Made by a program: the position numbers and the translations under genes. This document shows, piece by piece, positions 38,808 to 52,437 of a stretch of DNA of 64,000 nucleotides (position 1 is its first letter; each line of letters starts with the position of its first letter). The DNA is from the human T2T-CHM13v2.0 reference genome, Homo sapiens. The notes below the pieces were generated by a model, which did not search any database, had not been told where the DNA came from, and saw only the letters and a program-made list of their open reading frames with translations. The stretch lies in NCBI RefSeq assembly GCF_009914755.1, contig NC_060928.1, one strand, 5' to 3'.

Positions 38808-39639
38808 CCAACCTAGACTTTCAAGTATCAGATATAGCAAGAACTGTAATTTACAGAGATTATCAGTTTACAGGTTTCTTCAACAGGTTTTAAATATTTA
38901 CAGGTTTTAAATCTTGGTAGAAGGAAAAAGTAAGATGATTTTATTTGAAGAGAGCCATTTTTTTTTCCTCGAGGCTCATAGAAAATGTATCCTCTTTCAT
39001 GCCATGTGATTTAAAACAAAGGAAGATTTTATCTATAAATGATGGTCTCTTCAAAAGCTGATATTCAACTGGAGTCAAAGGATTGGATTATTTGAACTCT
39101 TGAGGGAATTTCTTGCTTCCCTAATGTTGTGGCTCAGAATAATGTCATCTTTTCTTGGTCCTAAAAGTGCTGAAAGGCACTCAAAATTATAAGTCAAAGT
39201 GCGTGACTGATGGGATTGTTAATGTTGAAAAAGGAATGACTTGTTCTCTATTATAACACAAACAAAAGGAACATAACTTCCACCAAGGAAAACAAAGACT
39301 AGAGGAAAACTGTCTACTGATAAAATAAATGACATAATGAAGCCAGCAAAAGTCCCAGCTGGTTACAAACACAGATACAGACTAGCCAAATCTCCATGTG
39401 GCAGAATGGATGCAGAGCTTTCTCTGACAGAACAATGACAAGAGATTTCAGTGAATATGCATTGATTTAGCAGGGCCTCGGACAAATCCATCTTTACTGA
39501 GTGGCATATACAAGTTCCCTGTCATTAAGTACAAATCAAAGCATTTAAAATGCATGCAAGAAAAAATTTTCAATCCTGCAAGGCTTAGCACCATGCAGAG
39601 AACACCATAGGGCATCAAATTTTTAGAGTGTCATTCCTG

Positions 39640-40010
39640 TACCACTTTCCTGGATCTATCTCATTTTCTACTTCCTAATTTGCACTGATTCTTCCAAGTT
39701 CTGACCTTTTGATATGTTCACCGAGGCCCTTTCTAGCCATATAGCCTTTGCATACATTCTTGAATATGATTTACATCTCCCTCTGAATATGCTGTCTTTA
39801 TCCCACGTTCCATAATGCTGAGATCTTCCACTACAGACAGCCTCTTTCTCTATGAGGAGTGCTTTCATCAAGTTTATCCCAACCCCTCAAACAGACTGAG
39901 ACAAAGCTTAGGTATTATCACATCCCATGCAAACACTCTTCTCTTTCTCAAATAATTATTCTCATGCTTTGAAAATTGCCTGGTTGTCCTTATGGAGAAT
40001 AAGGACTTTG
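39640..40010 (+). mobile_element. L2 fragments
   Basis: GCCTTTGCATACATT...CCTCTGAATATGCT...AGCCTCTTTCTCTATGAGG. Confidence 0.5.
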
Positions 40011-40089
40011 AACAAGGACTTAAAGCTTGGAGAGGTTAGCTGGTCCTTCAAAGAAAGAGGGAAATATGTTGGGAACTAAAAGACTAGAA

Positions 40090-40820
40090 TGATGGTGACA
40101 TTTTGACATAACCAAATATATGCTTGGTTTTTTCTTTCACACATGAAAGTCCGAAGGTATGGCATCTCTGAAAAGCCATCAGATGCCCAGGATCCTTCTG
40201 TCCTATAAGTCATCCACAAAATCAGGTTGTCTACATCTGCACACACCAAGATGCACCAAGATGGTGCCTAAGTCCCTGTTTCAGCTATTGTGAAAGGCAG
40301 AGGCACAGGGCATGCTCAGATATTGCGCAAATCGTTTTCATTCATGTCTCAGTGTTCAAAACTTAATTACTTGGGTTTATGTAGCTGAAAGAGAATGCTA
40401 TAGTTTGAGTATGTCCCTCCGAAGATTCAGGTGTTGAAACTTAATGGTCAATGTAATGGCATGAAAAGGTAGGGGCTTTAAGAGGTGATCAGGTCATGAA
40501 AGCTCCTTCTGCACAGCTATAATTAAGGTTCTTATGAGACTTCACACAATGTTGGGCTTTCATACCCTGCTTCCTTCTGACACATGAAGACACAGTATTC
40601 CTCTCCTCTGTGGGATACAGTTCTCACCTGACATTTGAACCTGGCAGTGCCTTGATCTTGGACTTCTAAGCCACCAGAACTAGGAGAAAATAAAACTTAC
40701 ATTTCATATAAACTATCCAGTCTTAGGTATTTTGTTATAGCAGCAAAATGGACTAGGACAGAGAGGCCCCTATTACTTTAGAAGAAATTTAGAAAATATA
40801 CTGGGAGACATCTAGCAGTA
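40090..40820 (-). mobile_element. Old MLT1 (J-like) LTR split by an MST LTR
   Basis: AAAGTCCGAAGGTA, CCCAGGATCCTTCTGTC, CCAAGATGG, AAACTTAATTAC. Confidence 0.5.
40396..40760 (+). mobile_element. MST (MSTC/D-like) MaLR solo LTR
   Basis: TGCTATAGTTTGAG start, CCTTGATCTTGGACTT, GGACTAGGACA end; TSD GAGAA/GAGAG. Confidence 0.9.
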
Positions 40821-40877
40821 AGAAGATGATCATGTGTTCAACCCTCAATGTTTTGATTGAGATGTTAATTGGAGAGG

Positions 40878-41030
40878 CCATTTATTCAACAAATTTTAAT
40901 TAACAACCTACTCTATTTGGCATACTTTTAGAATCTTGGATTATATCAGTAAACAAAACACATGACCCTATCGTCTTAAACTAGTGATGCATTCGTGCAT
41001 ATAAGATAACTATAAAACAAGTAATGAGAA
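40878..41030 (-). mobile_element. L2 3' end
   Basis: CATTTATTCAACAAAT...ACCTACTCT...ATCAGTAAACAAAACA. Confidence 0.75.
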
Positions 41031-41219
41031 ATGGGAGATTTGAATTCATGTGAGAATGTGGGAATAGACTTGAGTTCTTATCAAGTATAATTCACTGGAC
41101 TAGGAACTTTACTTACATTACCTCTTTCAATCCTTCCAAAAACCAGATGAAGTAGGTATTATTATTATTATACCACATACACATTTGTGAGATATAAATA
41201 TAAACCCATGAAAAAGATC

Positions 41220-41545
41220 TTTTTTTTCTTTTTGTTTTCTTTCTTTTTTTTTTTTTTTGGGACAGATCTCTCTCTGTCACCCAGGCTGGAGTGCAGTGGT
41301 GCAATCGTGGCTCACTGCAGCCTTGACCTCCCCAAGCTCAGGTGATCTACCTACCTCAGCCTGCTGAGTAGTTGGGACTATAGACATGAGCCACCACACC
41401 AGGCTATTTTTTTTTAATTATTATTTTGTAGAGATGGGGTTTCATCATGTTGCCCATGCTGGTCTCGAATCCTGGGCTCAAGTGATCTGCCCACCTCAGC
41501 CTCCAAAAGTGCTAGGATTACAGGTGTGAGCCACTGTGCCCAGCC
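41220..41545 (-). mobile_element. AluJ
   Basis: CACTGCAGCCTTGACCTCC, CTGGGCTCAAGTGATC; TSD ATGAA(A/T)AAG. Confidence 0.93.
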
Positions 41546-41956
41546 ATGAATAAGCCCTTGATATAGTGTGGTGCTTCCCTGAAATCATGAATAAACAGTG
41601 TGATAGAAGTTGAAGAACATGAAATATTGAGGCAAAAGGAAGTGAGCTTAATTTTTTTCTCTGCCAATTACTAACAGTGACTTTGATGGCTTTTCCGTTA
41701 ATATTCCCTGTTAACCGTGATTTTTCCATGGCCTAAATGACATAGACTTGAGAAAGTTATGCTGGTACCTCCTGTCAATTTGTATTTTTAGTTGCTATAA
41801 ACCTGCATGAGCCTATTCACATACCACCTATTTGTAGAGGCAACTCTGACGCATAGAATCTTAAAGAACTTATTCTGCAAATATATCTCTTACTTCTAAA
41901 ATAAGAAGTGTACTCCTATCCTCACTTTCCACCATGTTACTTTGTATCTTCTATAT

Positions 41957-42129
41957 CAATGTGTCCCAAGATTTTAGTATGAGAATCACCTGGAGATGTT
42001 ATTATGGAACACAACTGTCCTGGTATTTGATTTGGTCAGTCTGAAGCGGGGACTGAAATTTGCATTTCTAACAAGTTCCCAGATAATGCCAATGTTTCTG
42101 TTCTGATTGCCACATTTTGAGAACCACTG
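41957..42129 (-). mobile_element. MER5A (hAT-Charlie)
   Basis: AGAATCACCTGGAG, AATTTGCATTTCTAACAAGTTCCCAG, TTTGAGAACCACTG. Confidence 0.9.
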
Positions 42130-42206
42130 TCCTATACATTTACTCCTTCTTTAAACTCATTCCCTACTATATAACTCTTAACCCCTCATGCATATGTAAA
42201 TATATG

Positions 42207-43589
42207 CAGGCAATCCTCACTTTGATAGTTCCAATATGAACAAACTTAGCATGGTTTAAATAACACCAGTCCTTCAGAATGAGGTTCAAATTTCAGTTAC
42301 CATGGTTATTAACTATGAGTAATTGCATAAAGGACCAACTTCCATGAATCTCTTCAGTCCACAAATCACTATATACATAACAGATGTCCCTAATAATAAT
42401 CAATCATTCCACTTCTTTCAAAGTCTATTGATGATTGTTACTGTGTGCATTGTGTGTCAGTTGACCTGCAGATAGCAAAGTGATGCAGTTATTTTGCCTC
42501 ATTGTCTCCCAGTAATGAAGAAGCTGACTTAGTCAGTTTGGGCAACTATAACAGAATGCCATAGACTGGATGGCTTAAGCCATATAAACTGATTTCTCAT
42601 AGTTTTGGATGCTGGGAAGTCCAAGAAGAAGGTGCAGGCAGAAATGGTATCTGGCAAGGGCTCTCCTTCTTGCTTGCAGACAGCCACTTTCTTGTTGCAT
42701 CCTCACGCTGTAGAGAGAGGATCATAACTCTTGTGCTTTATCAGATAAGGGCACTAATATCATCCATGAGGGCTCCACCTTCATGACTTAATTACTTCCC
42801 AAAGGCCTCACCTCCAAATACCATCATATTGGGGATTTAGGCTTCTACATATAGATTTTGGAGATTGAGGGACACATTCAGTCCATGGCATTTAGAATTT
42901 TACACAAATGGATAATTAAAGGAGAGAATTGGCTAACAAAGAAAAAAGTTCAGTAAAGAAAAGTGAAAATATTGGAAGTAAAACTTGAATAAAATGTAAA
43001 TGGGGTTATAGAAGAAATAGCTGAGTGTGGAATATTGAAACTGCCACCATTTGAAGATCCTAAATATGAAATAGTGAATCAACATACATGAAAAAAGTGG
43101 TCATGACAAAAAGGATGCCCATATCCTAGCTGAAGTAATTCCAGCAGAAACTTTACATTAAAGGAATTCTCAAAATATTTTAAAACATTAAAATTGCAAA
43201 AGATAAAATACTGGAAACTGAGCCCACCTTAGAAAGATGTATGGTAATTTGCCAAGTCATAGAAAAGGTCTTTGCTCCCTATTTTTAATCATATGACAAG
43301 AAGAAGAAAGAAAGCACCATTCAAACTAATCTTGACACATAAAATACTTTAATTCTCAATCTTTGCAATGCTTTAAATTACAGTGTACTAAATAACTATT
43401 AGTGTTACTGTGTTTTTTATGTTTCTGTGCATCTTCAATAGACAGTAAAATAATGTTTTGACAAAAGTTTTCAAATGTTAAAAAGCTGTCCTAATTTTCC
43501 CCATTGATCATAAATGTCGTTTTGCATACTTTCAGCTTGCATGGTCATTTTAACAATCCCACACTACAATACAAATTGTGTACTACCTG
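42207..43589. mobile_element. Non-autonomous TcMar DNA transposon (Tigger/Tc2 type) of about 1 kb, split by MLT1A
   Basis: Imperfect TIRs CAGGCAATCCTCACTTTG and CAAATTGTGTACTACCTG (13/18 match), TA at the right end. Confidence 0.75.
42525..42890 (-). mobile_element. MLT1A/A0 solo LTR
   Basis: CCATAGACTGGATGGCTTAA, GCTGGGAAGTCCAAG, CACATTCAGTCCATGGCA. Confidence 0.9.
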
Positions 43590-43687
43590 TACCTATTCCT
43601 CTCTTCCTAAGTATAGAGAGCCCCCTTTGTGGTTCTAGTGAACCAACGGTAGCTATATCAGCATCTTTCTCAAAGCCTCTGGTTTGT

Positions 43688-43690
<3 letters not shown>

Positions 43691-43725
<35 letters not shown>

Positions 43726-44001
43726 AGACAGTCTTGCTCTGTCGCCAGGCTGTAGTGCAGTGACCTGAACTTGCATCGCTGCAACCTCCACCTCCTGGGT
43801 TCAAGCGATTCCCTTGCCTCAGCATCCTGAGTAGCTGGGGCTACAGGCACGCACCACCATGGCTGGCTAATTTTTTGTATTTTAGTAGAGACAGGGTTTC
43901 ACCATTTTGGCCAGGATGGTCTTGATCTCCTGACCTCGTGATCTGCCCGCCTCAGCCTCCCAAAGTGCTGGGATTACAGGCTTAAGCCACCGTGCCTGGC
44001 C
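43691..44001 (-). mobile_element. AluSc-like element with a long pure tail
   Basis: TGTCGCCAGGCTG, GATCTCCTGACCTCGTGATC; TSD TGGTTTGT(C/A)CC (43680 / 44002). Confidence 0.95.
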
Positions 44002-44034
44002 TGGTTTGTACCTTTTAATTGACCTGCACAAGAA

Positions 44035-44477
44035 TAGTACTACCCTTGAGCAATATAGGGGTTAGGTGTCCTGACCCGCTTGCACAGTTAAATTTTTGTG
44101 TATAAATTTTGTGTATAAATTTTGACTTCCCCAAAACTTAACCCTTCTGTTGACCAGAAGCCTTACCAATAACATAAACAGTTGATTAACACATATTTTG
44201 TATGCTATGTCTATTTTATACTGCATTATTACAATAAAGTAAGCTAGAGAAAATAAAATATTATTAAAAATTGTCAGAGAAAATGTATTTACTATTCATT
44301 AAGTAAAAGTCAATCATCATAAAGGTCCTCATCTCCATTGTCTTCATGTTGAGTAGGCTGAGGAGGAGGAGGGAGAGGAAGGATTGGTCTTGGTATCTCA
44401 GGGGTGGCAGAGGTGGAAGAAATTCCACCTATAATTGAACCCACACAAGTCAAACTCATGTTGTTTAAGGGTCACTG
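44035..44477 (-). mobile_element. Tigger2a/MER28-type DNA transposon
   Basis: ACCCTTGAGCAA ... TTGTTTAAGGGTCACTG TIRs; GTTGAGTAGGCTGAGGAGGAGGAG. Confidence 0.9.
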
Positions 44478-44639
44478 TATATGGCTGAAATTTACTGCTG
44501 TGGTATAACCAGTGACCTAATATCAGTGACCTACAATAATACATTTCTTACTGAACTTCACACCATTGTACCCACTCAAAATGAAATGACAGTCTGGAGA
44601 GTGTACCACCCAATATGCTTTTCTAATACACTAGCCACT

Positions 44640-45030
44640 TGTGTTAATTTATAGGCTGCTATAACAAAGTACTACAAACTGGGTGGCTTGAAACAACACA
44701 CAACAGAAATGTATTATCTCATAGTTCTATAGGCGTTTAGTCCAAAATTAAGATGTCCAGTAGGGACATACTCCTTATGAAATCTGTGGGAGAATCCTTT
44801 CTCCCTCCTGGTGGTTTACTAGCAATCTTTGACATTTCTTGGCTTGCAGCTACATAACTCCAATCGTTGTCTTCATTGTTACATGGAGATCTCGTGTGCG
44901 CTGCTGTTCTTACATGACTGTGTCGCTATAAGTAAGCCCGTATATTGGATAAGGAGCCCTCCTACTCCAGTATGAACTAGTCTTAACTAATTACAGCTGC
45001 ACTGACTCTATTTTCAAATAAGATCACATA
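44640..45030 (-). mobile_element. MLT1B/C LTR
   Basis: GCTGCTATAACAAAGTACTACAAACTGGGTGGCTT, CCTACTCCAGTATGA, TTTCAAATAAGATCACAT. Confidence 0.85.
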
Positions 45031-45881
45031 ACACTTTTATTGTCACTGTATCATGTAAACCAACCATAGTTCAAATATTTAGGTCTGAGATCTAACCTCT
45101 CTTAGCCTCCGTTGCCTCAATATTTGGGATACTAATTCCTAGTCACAGGATAGTTCCAAGTATTAGGCGTATTTGTAATGCATTCATCAAAAGGTCATGG
45201 CTCCTTAAACACTTTTCCTGAGCACCGCCCTACCCAAGCATTTATAAATTAAATATTAAACACTCAGCATTTACTATCTTATATTACTAATAAATGTCTA
45301 TGTTGGGTCACCTAACTAGATAGCAAAAAAACAATCAATATAATTGTGTGCTAACTATGATTTTGTATCTCCAAAGAACATAACACATGTCTGAATGTAG
45401 ATATTTCAGATATCTATATCAGATATCCAATAGTTTTGTTGGATACTCCACCACTCAGTAAAGTTAACTGTATATAAATGCATGTTATGACCCCGATTCC
45501 TGAATCATTAGATCAAGATAAAAATTTGATTTTCACAATTGAAATTTCACAGAATAAATAAAAACCAGAAGAACTAATACTGTTCTTCTGGTGCTAAACA
45601 ACTGCTTTCGTTTTTTACTTTCAGGATAACATGGGAATATGGTAATAAAGAAAACAAGTAATATTTTTCTCTACAAAAGTCTTTTTGTTAGGTGAAGGTA
45701 AACAGATTATCTCAGCTTGGAAGGGAGAGGTGTTTTACAGTTGAATGATTTTGGATGGAAGTGTGAGGGATTCTGATTTTAGATTTTTCTGGTTCTACAC
45801 TTTTCAAGTCAGTAGATTTACTTACAAAGAGAAGTTGTAGAATTGTTCGCTGGGAAGTCTTAAAAATCTAATGATAAAATT

Positions 45882-46057
45882 AGCAGAGTGTGGTGGCATG
45901 CACCTGTAGTCCTAGAGTCCTAGGTACTCAGGAGGCTGAGGCAGGAGGATCACTTCAGCCCAGGAGTTTGAGATCATCTTGGGTAACAGAGAAACCCTGC
46001 CTCTTAAAAAAAAAACAACAAAAAACAAAAACAAAACAAACAACAACAACAAAACAG
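45882..46057 (+). mobile_element. FLAM-like Alu monomer with (AAC)n tail
   Basis: GTGGTGGCATGCACCTGTAGTCC...GCCCAGGAGTTTGAGATCATCTTGGGTAACA. Confidence 0.85.
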
Positions 46058-47672
46058 TAAAAAATGGAGAAGGATATATCATACAAATACTAGCCAAAAG
46101 AAAGTAAATAAATGACTTTAAAATAAGAAGTGTCCTAATGGTAACATAGTCAATTTTTCAAGAACATACAACAATTATAAATGTGTATGTGCTCAGCAGA
46201 ATTTTTAAGTACTTGATAAAATACTTATAGAATTAAAAGAAAATCCAAAATCATAGTTGGAGACTTCACTCATATATTCATCAGTAATTGACAGTATCAG
46301 TAATTGATAGTAGAAGTGAAGAAAAATAAGAATATACAAGAATTGAATTACCCTATAACCAAATAGACCTATTTTACATTTAGAGATGATTCCACCCAAC
46401 AATACCTGAGTACACTTAATTTTTAAATGTGTATACAACATTCATCAAGACAGACTGAATTCTGGGCCACAAATCTCAACAAATTTAGAGATCAGAAATC
46501 ATACAAAGTATATTTATTGGCCATAATGGAATGAAACTAGAAGTAAGTAACAAAGATACCTGGGAAAACATGTAAATATTTGGAAAGTCAATAGCACACA
46601 TTTAATTATGTCTCATCCATGAATTAAGTAGAAATTCTTAAGGGAAATTGAAAAATATTTTGGATTGAATAACAACAAAAACACAACATATTCAAGTTTG
46701 TGGTGTGCAGCTACAGGAATGGTCACTGTGAAGTTTATACCATTCAATGTTTATGTTAGAATAGAAAAAAGGGTCAGATAATCTCAGCTTCTACCTTAAG
46801 AAATTAGAAAAATAAACTAAAGAGTAAACTTAAACCAAAGCAAACAGAAAATAAAAATAATAATGATAAGTTAAAAATAGAAAGTCATTAGATAAAATCA
46901 ATGAACAATGGAAAAAATTAATAAATTTCTAGCCAAACTAAGAAAATAAGTGAAAATACATAATTTATCAGAATTGAAAGAGAGGATATGTCTGCAGACC
47001 CCATAAACACTAATAGAATTAAAATAATAAAATGATCAACTTACATCACAGGCCCCACAGATATTAACAAGAGGAAAAGGATAATATAAACACCCTATTT
47101 CTATAAATTTGCAACTTGAGGCACAAATTCATTGAAAGACACATAATACCAAAATTCACTCATGGAAAAACAGATAACAGAATAATTATATATCAGTTAA
47201 AGAAATTGAACTCATAGTTAAAACTTCTCCAACAAGAAAACCACATTCCCAGGTATTTGCTCTTGTGAATTCTACTGAATAGTTAAGGAAATATATATAA
47301 CTAATTCTGCAAAGTGTGTTCTAGAAAATAGGAGAGAGAACATCTCAGCTCATTTTAAGAGATCAAAATGAGATAAAGACATTACAAGAAAAGTACAGAA
47401 CAATATTGCCCATGAATATAAACACAAAACTTCTCAAGAAAAATATTAGCCTGCTGAATTCAGAAGTAGATACAAAAAGATAATATGTCATAAAATGTGG
47501 AGTTTATCCCTGGAATTCTGGATCAGTACTCAAAAATTAAGATAATTCATCATGTTGGATAAATGAAGAAAACCCATACTATCATTTCATTTGATGCAGA
47601 AAAAACATGTAGAAGACTCAGCATCCATTTCTGATTTTTAAAACCCCTTGAAAACTTGGAAGTAAAGGAAGC
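46058..47672 (+). mobile_element. Old L1M ORF2 5' part (endonuclease to start of RT)
   Basis: ATAGTTGGAGACTTC, ATTCTGGGCCAC, GTGAATTCTAC, TGATGCAGAAAAAACAT. Confidence 0.85.
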
Positions 47673-50184
47673 AATTTTTAAAACAGCTTTATTGTGATAT
47701 AATTGATATACAAAAAAACTGCACATATTTAATGTATACAATGTGATGAATATGGACATATGCATACACCCATGGTAACACTGCCACAATCAAGATAATA
47801 AACATATTCATCACCTCCAAAAGTTTCCTATGTCCCTTTGTGCATTTTTGTTGTTGTTGGTAACACTTAATATGAGATTTCCCCTCTCAACAGGTTTTAA
47901 TGTGCACAGTATTGTATTGTTAACTACATAGATACTACACTGAATAGCAGATCTCTAGAACGTATTCATCCTGCATAATTGAAATTTTGTATCCATTAAG
48001 CAACACTCCCTTATAACCCTCTTGTCCCCAGATCCTGGCAACCACCATTCTATTTTCTGCTTCTATGAGTTTGACTATTTTAGATACCTCAAATAAATAG
48101 ATTCATTCAATATCTGTCTGTCTGTGACTGGCTTATTTCACTTAGCATAATGTTTTCCAAGTTCATCCATGTTGTCATAAATAATAGGATTTCCTTCTTT
48201 TTAAAGGTCGATTGATAGTCCATTCATATATATACACCACATTTTAATTTCTGTTCATCCATTGATGAACATTTAAGTTGTTTTCATATCTTGGCTGTTT
48301 TGAATAATGTTACAGTGAACATGGGAGTAAAGATATCTCTTCAAGATAGTTATTTTTATTATTTTGCATATATACCCAGAAGCGGGATTGCTGGATCGCA
48401 AAGTAGTTCTATTTTTAATGTGTTGAGGAACCTCTATACTGTTTTCCATAGTGGTTGCATTGTTTTACATTTCCACCAATGGCATACATGGTTCCAATAT
48501 CTCCACATCCTTGCCAGGATTTCTTAGCATTTAAAAAATAGTAATTGCCATCCTAACGGGTATTAAGTGATATCTCATTGTGGTTTTGATTTTCATTTTC
48601 CTGATATTTAGTGATGTTTAGCACATTTTCATATGCCTGTCGACCATTTGTATGTCTTCTTTGAAGAAATTGCTTTTCAATGCCCATTTTTAAATTTAGA
48701 TTGTTCGTTTCTTTATTACTTTTGGTTATAGGGGTTCCTTATATATTTTGGATACTATCCCCTTATCAGATATATGGTTTATAAATATTTCTCCCATTCT
48801 GTAGGTTTCCTTTTTACTCTGTTGGTTGTTTTCTTTGCTGTAGAGAAGATTTTAGTCTGACTTAGTCTCACCTACCTATTTTTGCTTTTGTCGCCTATCC
48901 TTTTGGTGACATATCCAATAAATTACTGCCAAAATCCATATTAAGGAGTTTTATCCTATTTTTTCTTCTAATAGGTTTACATTTTCAAATCTTGTGTTTA
49001 ATTTGTCAATCAATTTTGAGTTATGTGTATGGTATAAGGCCCATTTTTTTGCGTATGAATATCCAGTTTTTCCAACAGCATTTGTTGAAAGACTGTATTT
49101 TACTCATTATGTATTCTTGGCAGTTGACCATATGTCTGTGAGGTTATAATAGTTCTCTGTTATCTGTGGAGGAAATGTTCCAAGCCCTCCAGTGGATGTC
49201 TAAATTTTGAACAGTAGGGAACCCTAGAAATACTATTTTTTAAAATATATATATATGTTTTATATACACACATGTATATATTAACTGTGTTATACACATA
49301 TACAAATATGTATATATAAACTATGTTTTATACATATATACACACAAACACGATACATTTTAATATAAATTAGGCACAGCAAGGAATTAACAACAACTAA
49401 TAATAAAATAGAACAATTATAATGTATACTATGATAAAAGTTATTTTAATGTTTCTCAGTCTCTCTCTTTTTCAAAATATTTTAGTGTACTGTGCCCACT
49501 CTTCTTCTCCTTGTGATCTGTCAGTTTGATGTCAGAAATGGCTACTAAGTGACCAACAGGAGGGTAACATGTATAGTAGGGATGTGATGGACAAAGGTGA
49601 TGATTCATATATGGGATAGGACAGTGTGGGGCAGTGTGCGATTTCATCACACTACCTAGAACAGTGCACAATTTAACCTGATAAATTATTTCTGTTATTT
49701 TCTAGTTAATATTTTCAGACCATGATTGATTATGTGTAACTAAAATTCTGGAAAGTGAAACCATGAATAAAGGTAGGACTACTGTATTTCCGTCTGTCTG
49801 TTCTGCTCTATTGGTCTATATGCCTGTCTTTATGCCAGTACTGTACTGTTTAAAATACTGTGGTGTAATGTAGTTGGAAATCAGGAAGTGTGATGCCTCC
49901 AGGTTTCTTTTTTCTCAAAACTGATTTTGCTATTCTAGGCCTTTTGTGGTTCCAAATAAATTTTACAATTTTTTTCTATTTCTGTAAAAATATACTATCA
50001 GGATTTTGCTGGGGATAGCATTGAATCTATAGATCACTTTGTGTGGTATGGACATTTTTAATAATAATATGTTCTTCAATCTGTGAACATAGATGTCTTT
50101 CAATTTATTTTTATCTTTTTAATTTTTTAATTAATGTTTTGTAGTTTTAATGTGCAAGTTTTTCATCCTCTTGGTTTAATTTAT
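47673..50184 (-). mobile_element. L1MB1/2-like 3' UTR and ORF2 3' part
   Basis: AACAGCTTTATTG end, AGCAGATCTCTAGAAC, GGATTGCTGGATC, CCCCTTATCAGATATATGG. Confidence 0.92.
49147..49784 (-). mobile_element. MER44B-like (Tigger7 derivative) nested in L1
   Basis: GTTCCAAGCCCTCCAGTGGATG, TATAAATTAGGCACAG, GGACTACTG end; TA on both sides. Confidence 0.9.
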
Positions 50185-50518
50185 AGATCAGACCAATAAA
50201 GAGTAAGAAGATTCAGTTAGTAATCCAGTATGTCCCAGCAAGAAAAGCTCAGGACCCAGTGGCTTTACTGGTGAATTCTACCACTTAGAGAAGAATGAAT
50301 GTTAACCTTCTGAAACTCCTTCAAAAAACTGAAGAGGAGGGAATACTTCCAAACTGATATTAAAAGGCCAGAATTACATTGATACCAAAGCCAGACATGA
50401 ACACTACAGGAAAAGAAAATGACAGGCCAATATTCCTGATACATATAAATGCAAAACTCTTTAAGAAATACTGGCAACTATAATTCAGCAGCACATTAAA
50501 AGGATTATACACCGTGAT
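50185..50518 (+). mobile_element. L1 ORF2 segment inverted relative to the adjacent L1MB
   Basis: CAGGACCCAGTGGCTTTACTGGTGAATTCTACC, GATACCAAAGCCAGAC, CAGCACATTAAAAGGATTATACACC. Confidence 0.85.
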
Positions 50519-51706
50519 TACTTCCCTTCTCTCTACATTTTTCCACCACACCAACAGAGCTCATGTATTACAATGGAAAGAACTGAACATTTTAGAACTT
50601 ATTTAAGAAGATATTTCTAGGGAAACAAGACAGCAAAAGAAAAAAATGTAAGAACAACTGAAGAAATTTTAGCTTCTCACCCCTACCGCTGCAGCAAATC
50701 AAACACTGCCTAACTCCTAATCATATAAGCACAACCCCCACACTACAGGACTATGTACTTAAATTCCTCCCACCTAGCATACTCATCATTCAATAAAATA
50801 TTACAGTGATGCTAGAAGACTAAAACACACAAGAGAAACAGCAGGTGTCAGAGCAACACTCAGACATGGCAGAAATTTTAAAATCATCAGATTGGGAATT
50901 TAAAACAATGACAATTAATATGCTAAGATTTCTAATGGAAAAAGTGAACAACATACAAAAACAGAAAGGTAAAGTAAGCAAAGAGATGTGAACTGTATAA
51001 AAGAGTTAAAATAAAAAGTTAAAAATCCAAAATACTATAAAAAAGAAAGAATGAATTTCATGGGTTTATTAATATACTAGACATAGTAAGCAAAGAATCA
51101 GTGAGCTTGGGTAAATAGCAATAGAAACATCTAAAATCAAAATGCAAAGAGAAAAAAATGAAAAGGATGAAGCAGAATATCCATAAACCGAGGGACAATT
51201 ATGAAAGGTATGATATATGTATTATGGGAATACCTGAAGGAGAAGAGAGAGTAAAACACAGTAAATATTTGAAGTGATAATAATTGAAGATTTCCCAAAA
51301 CTAACAATAGACACCAAACCACATATCCAGGAGCTCAGAGTAGGATAATTACCAAAAATTCTGCACCTAATCATATATTTAAACTGCAGTAAACCAGAGA
51401 CAAAGAAAAATCTTGAAAGAAGCCGGAGAAAAAGGCCACCTTGTGTATAGAGAAAAATAAGAATTATATTAGACTTATCTTCAAAAATCATGCATATAAG
51501 AAGAGAGTGGAGTAAAATAAAGTACTGAAAAAAAAACTACTAGCCTAGAATTCTGTATCTGGTGAAATTATCCTTCAAAATAGAAAATAAAGACTCTCAG
51601 GCAGACAAAATTATGAGAATTTGCTTCCAGTAGATCTGCCTTGCAAGAAACGGAAAAATAATTTTTTTCAGAAAAGGAAAATAATATAGACTAGAAACTT
51701 AGGTCT

Positions 51707-52437
51707 GCATTTCTCTAATGATCAGTGATACTATCTCAAGCCCATCAGAATGGCGATTATTAAAAAGTCAAAAAACAATAGATGCTGACGAGGCTGTGGA
51801 GAAATGGAAACACTTTTGCACTATTGGTGGGAATGTAAATTAGTTCAACCATTGTGGAAGACAGTGTAGTGATTCCTCAAAGATCTAGAACCAGAAATAC
51901 CTTTGACCCAGCAAAGGCATTACTGGTTATATACCCCAAAGGAATATAAGTAATTCTACTATAAAGACACATGCACACATGTATTTATTGCAGCACTATT
52001 TACAATAGCAAAGACATGGAACCAACCAAAATGCCCATCAGTGATAAACAGGATAAAGAAAATGTGGTACATACACACCATGGAATACTATGCAGCCATA
52101 AAGGAATGAGATTATGTCTTTTGCAGGGACATGGATGAAACTGGAAGCCATCATCTTCAGCAAACTAACACAGGAACAGAAAACCAAATACCACATGTTC
52201 TCACTCATAAGTGAGAGCTGAACAGTGAGAATACATGGACACAAGGGGGGGAACAACACACACCGGGGCCAGTTGGGGGTTGGAAGATGAGGGTAAGGAG
52301 GGAGAGCATTAGGACAAATAGCTAATTCATATGGGGCTTAAAACCTAGATGACGGGTTGATAGGTGCAGCAAACCACCATGGCACATGTATACCTATGCA
52401 ACAATTCTGCATATCCCAAACTTAAAGTAAAATAAAA
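51707..52437 (+). mobile_element. L1PA7/8-like 3' end with a short 5' inversion
   Basis: GATCTAGAACCAGAAATACC, complete 3' UTR; TSD AGAAACTT(A/G)GGTCT (51693 / 52438). Confidence 0.95.

Noticed and set aside
43514-43850. Poly-K and poly-F ORFs
   Set aside because: Artefacts of the Alu tail.
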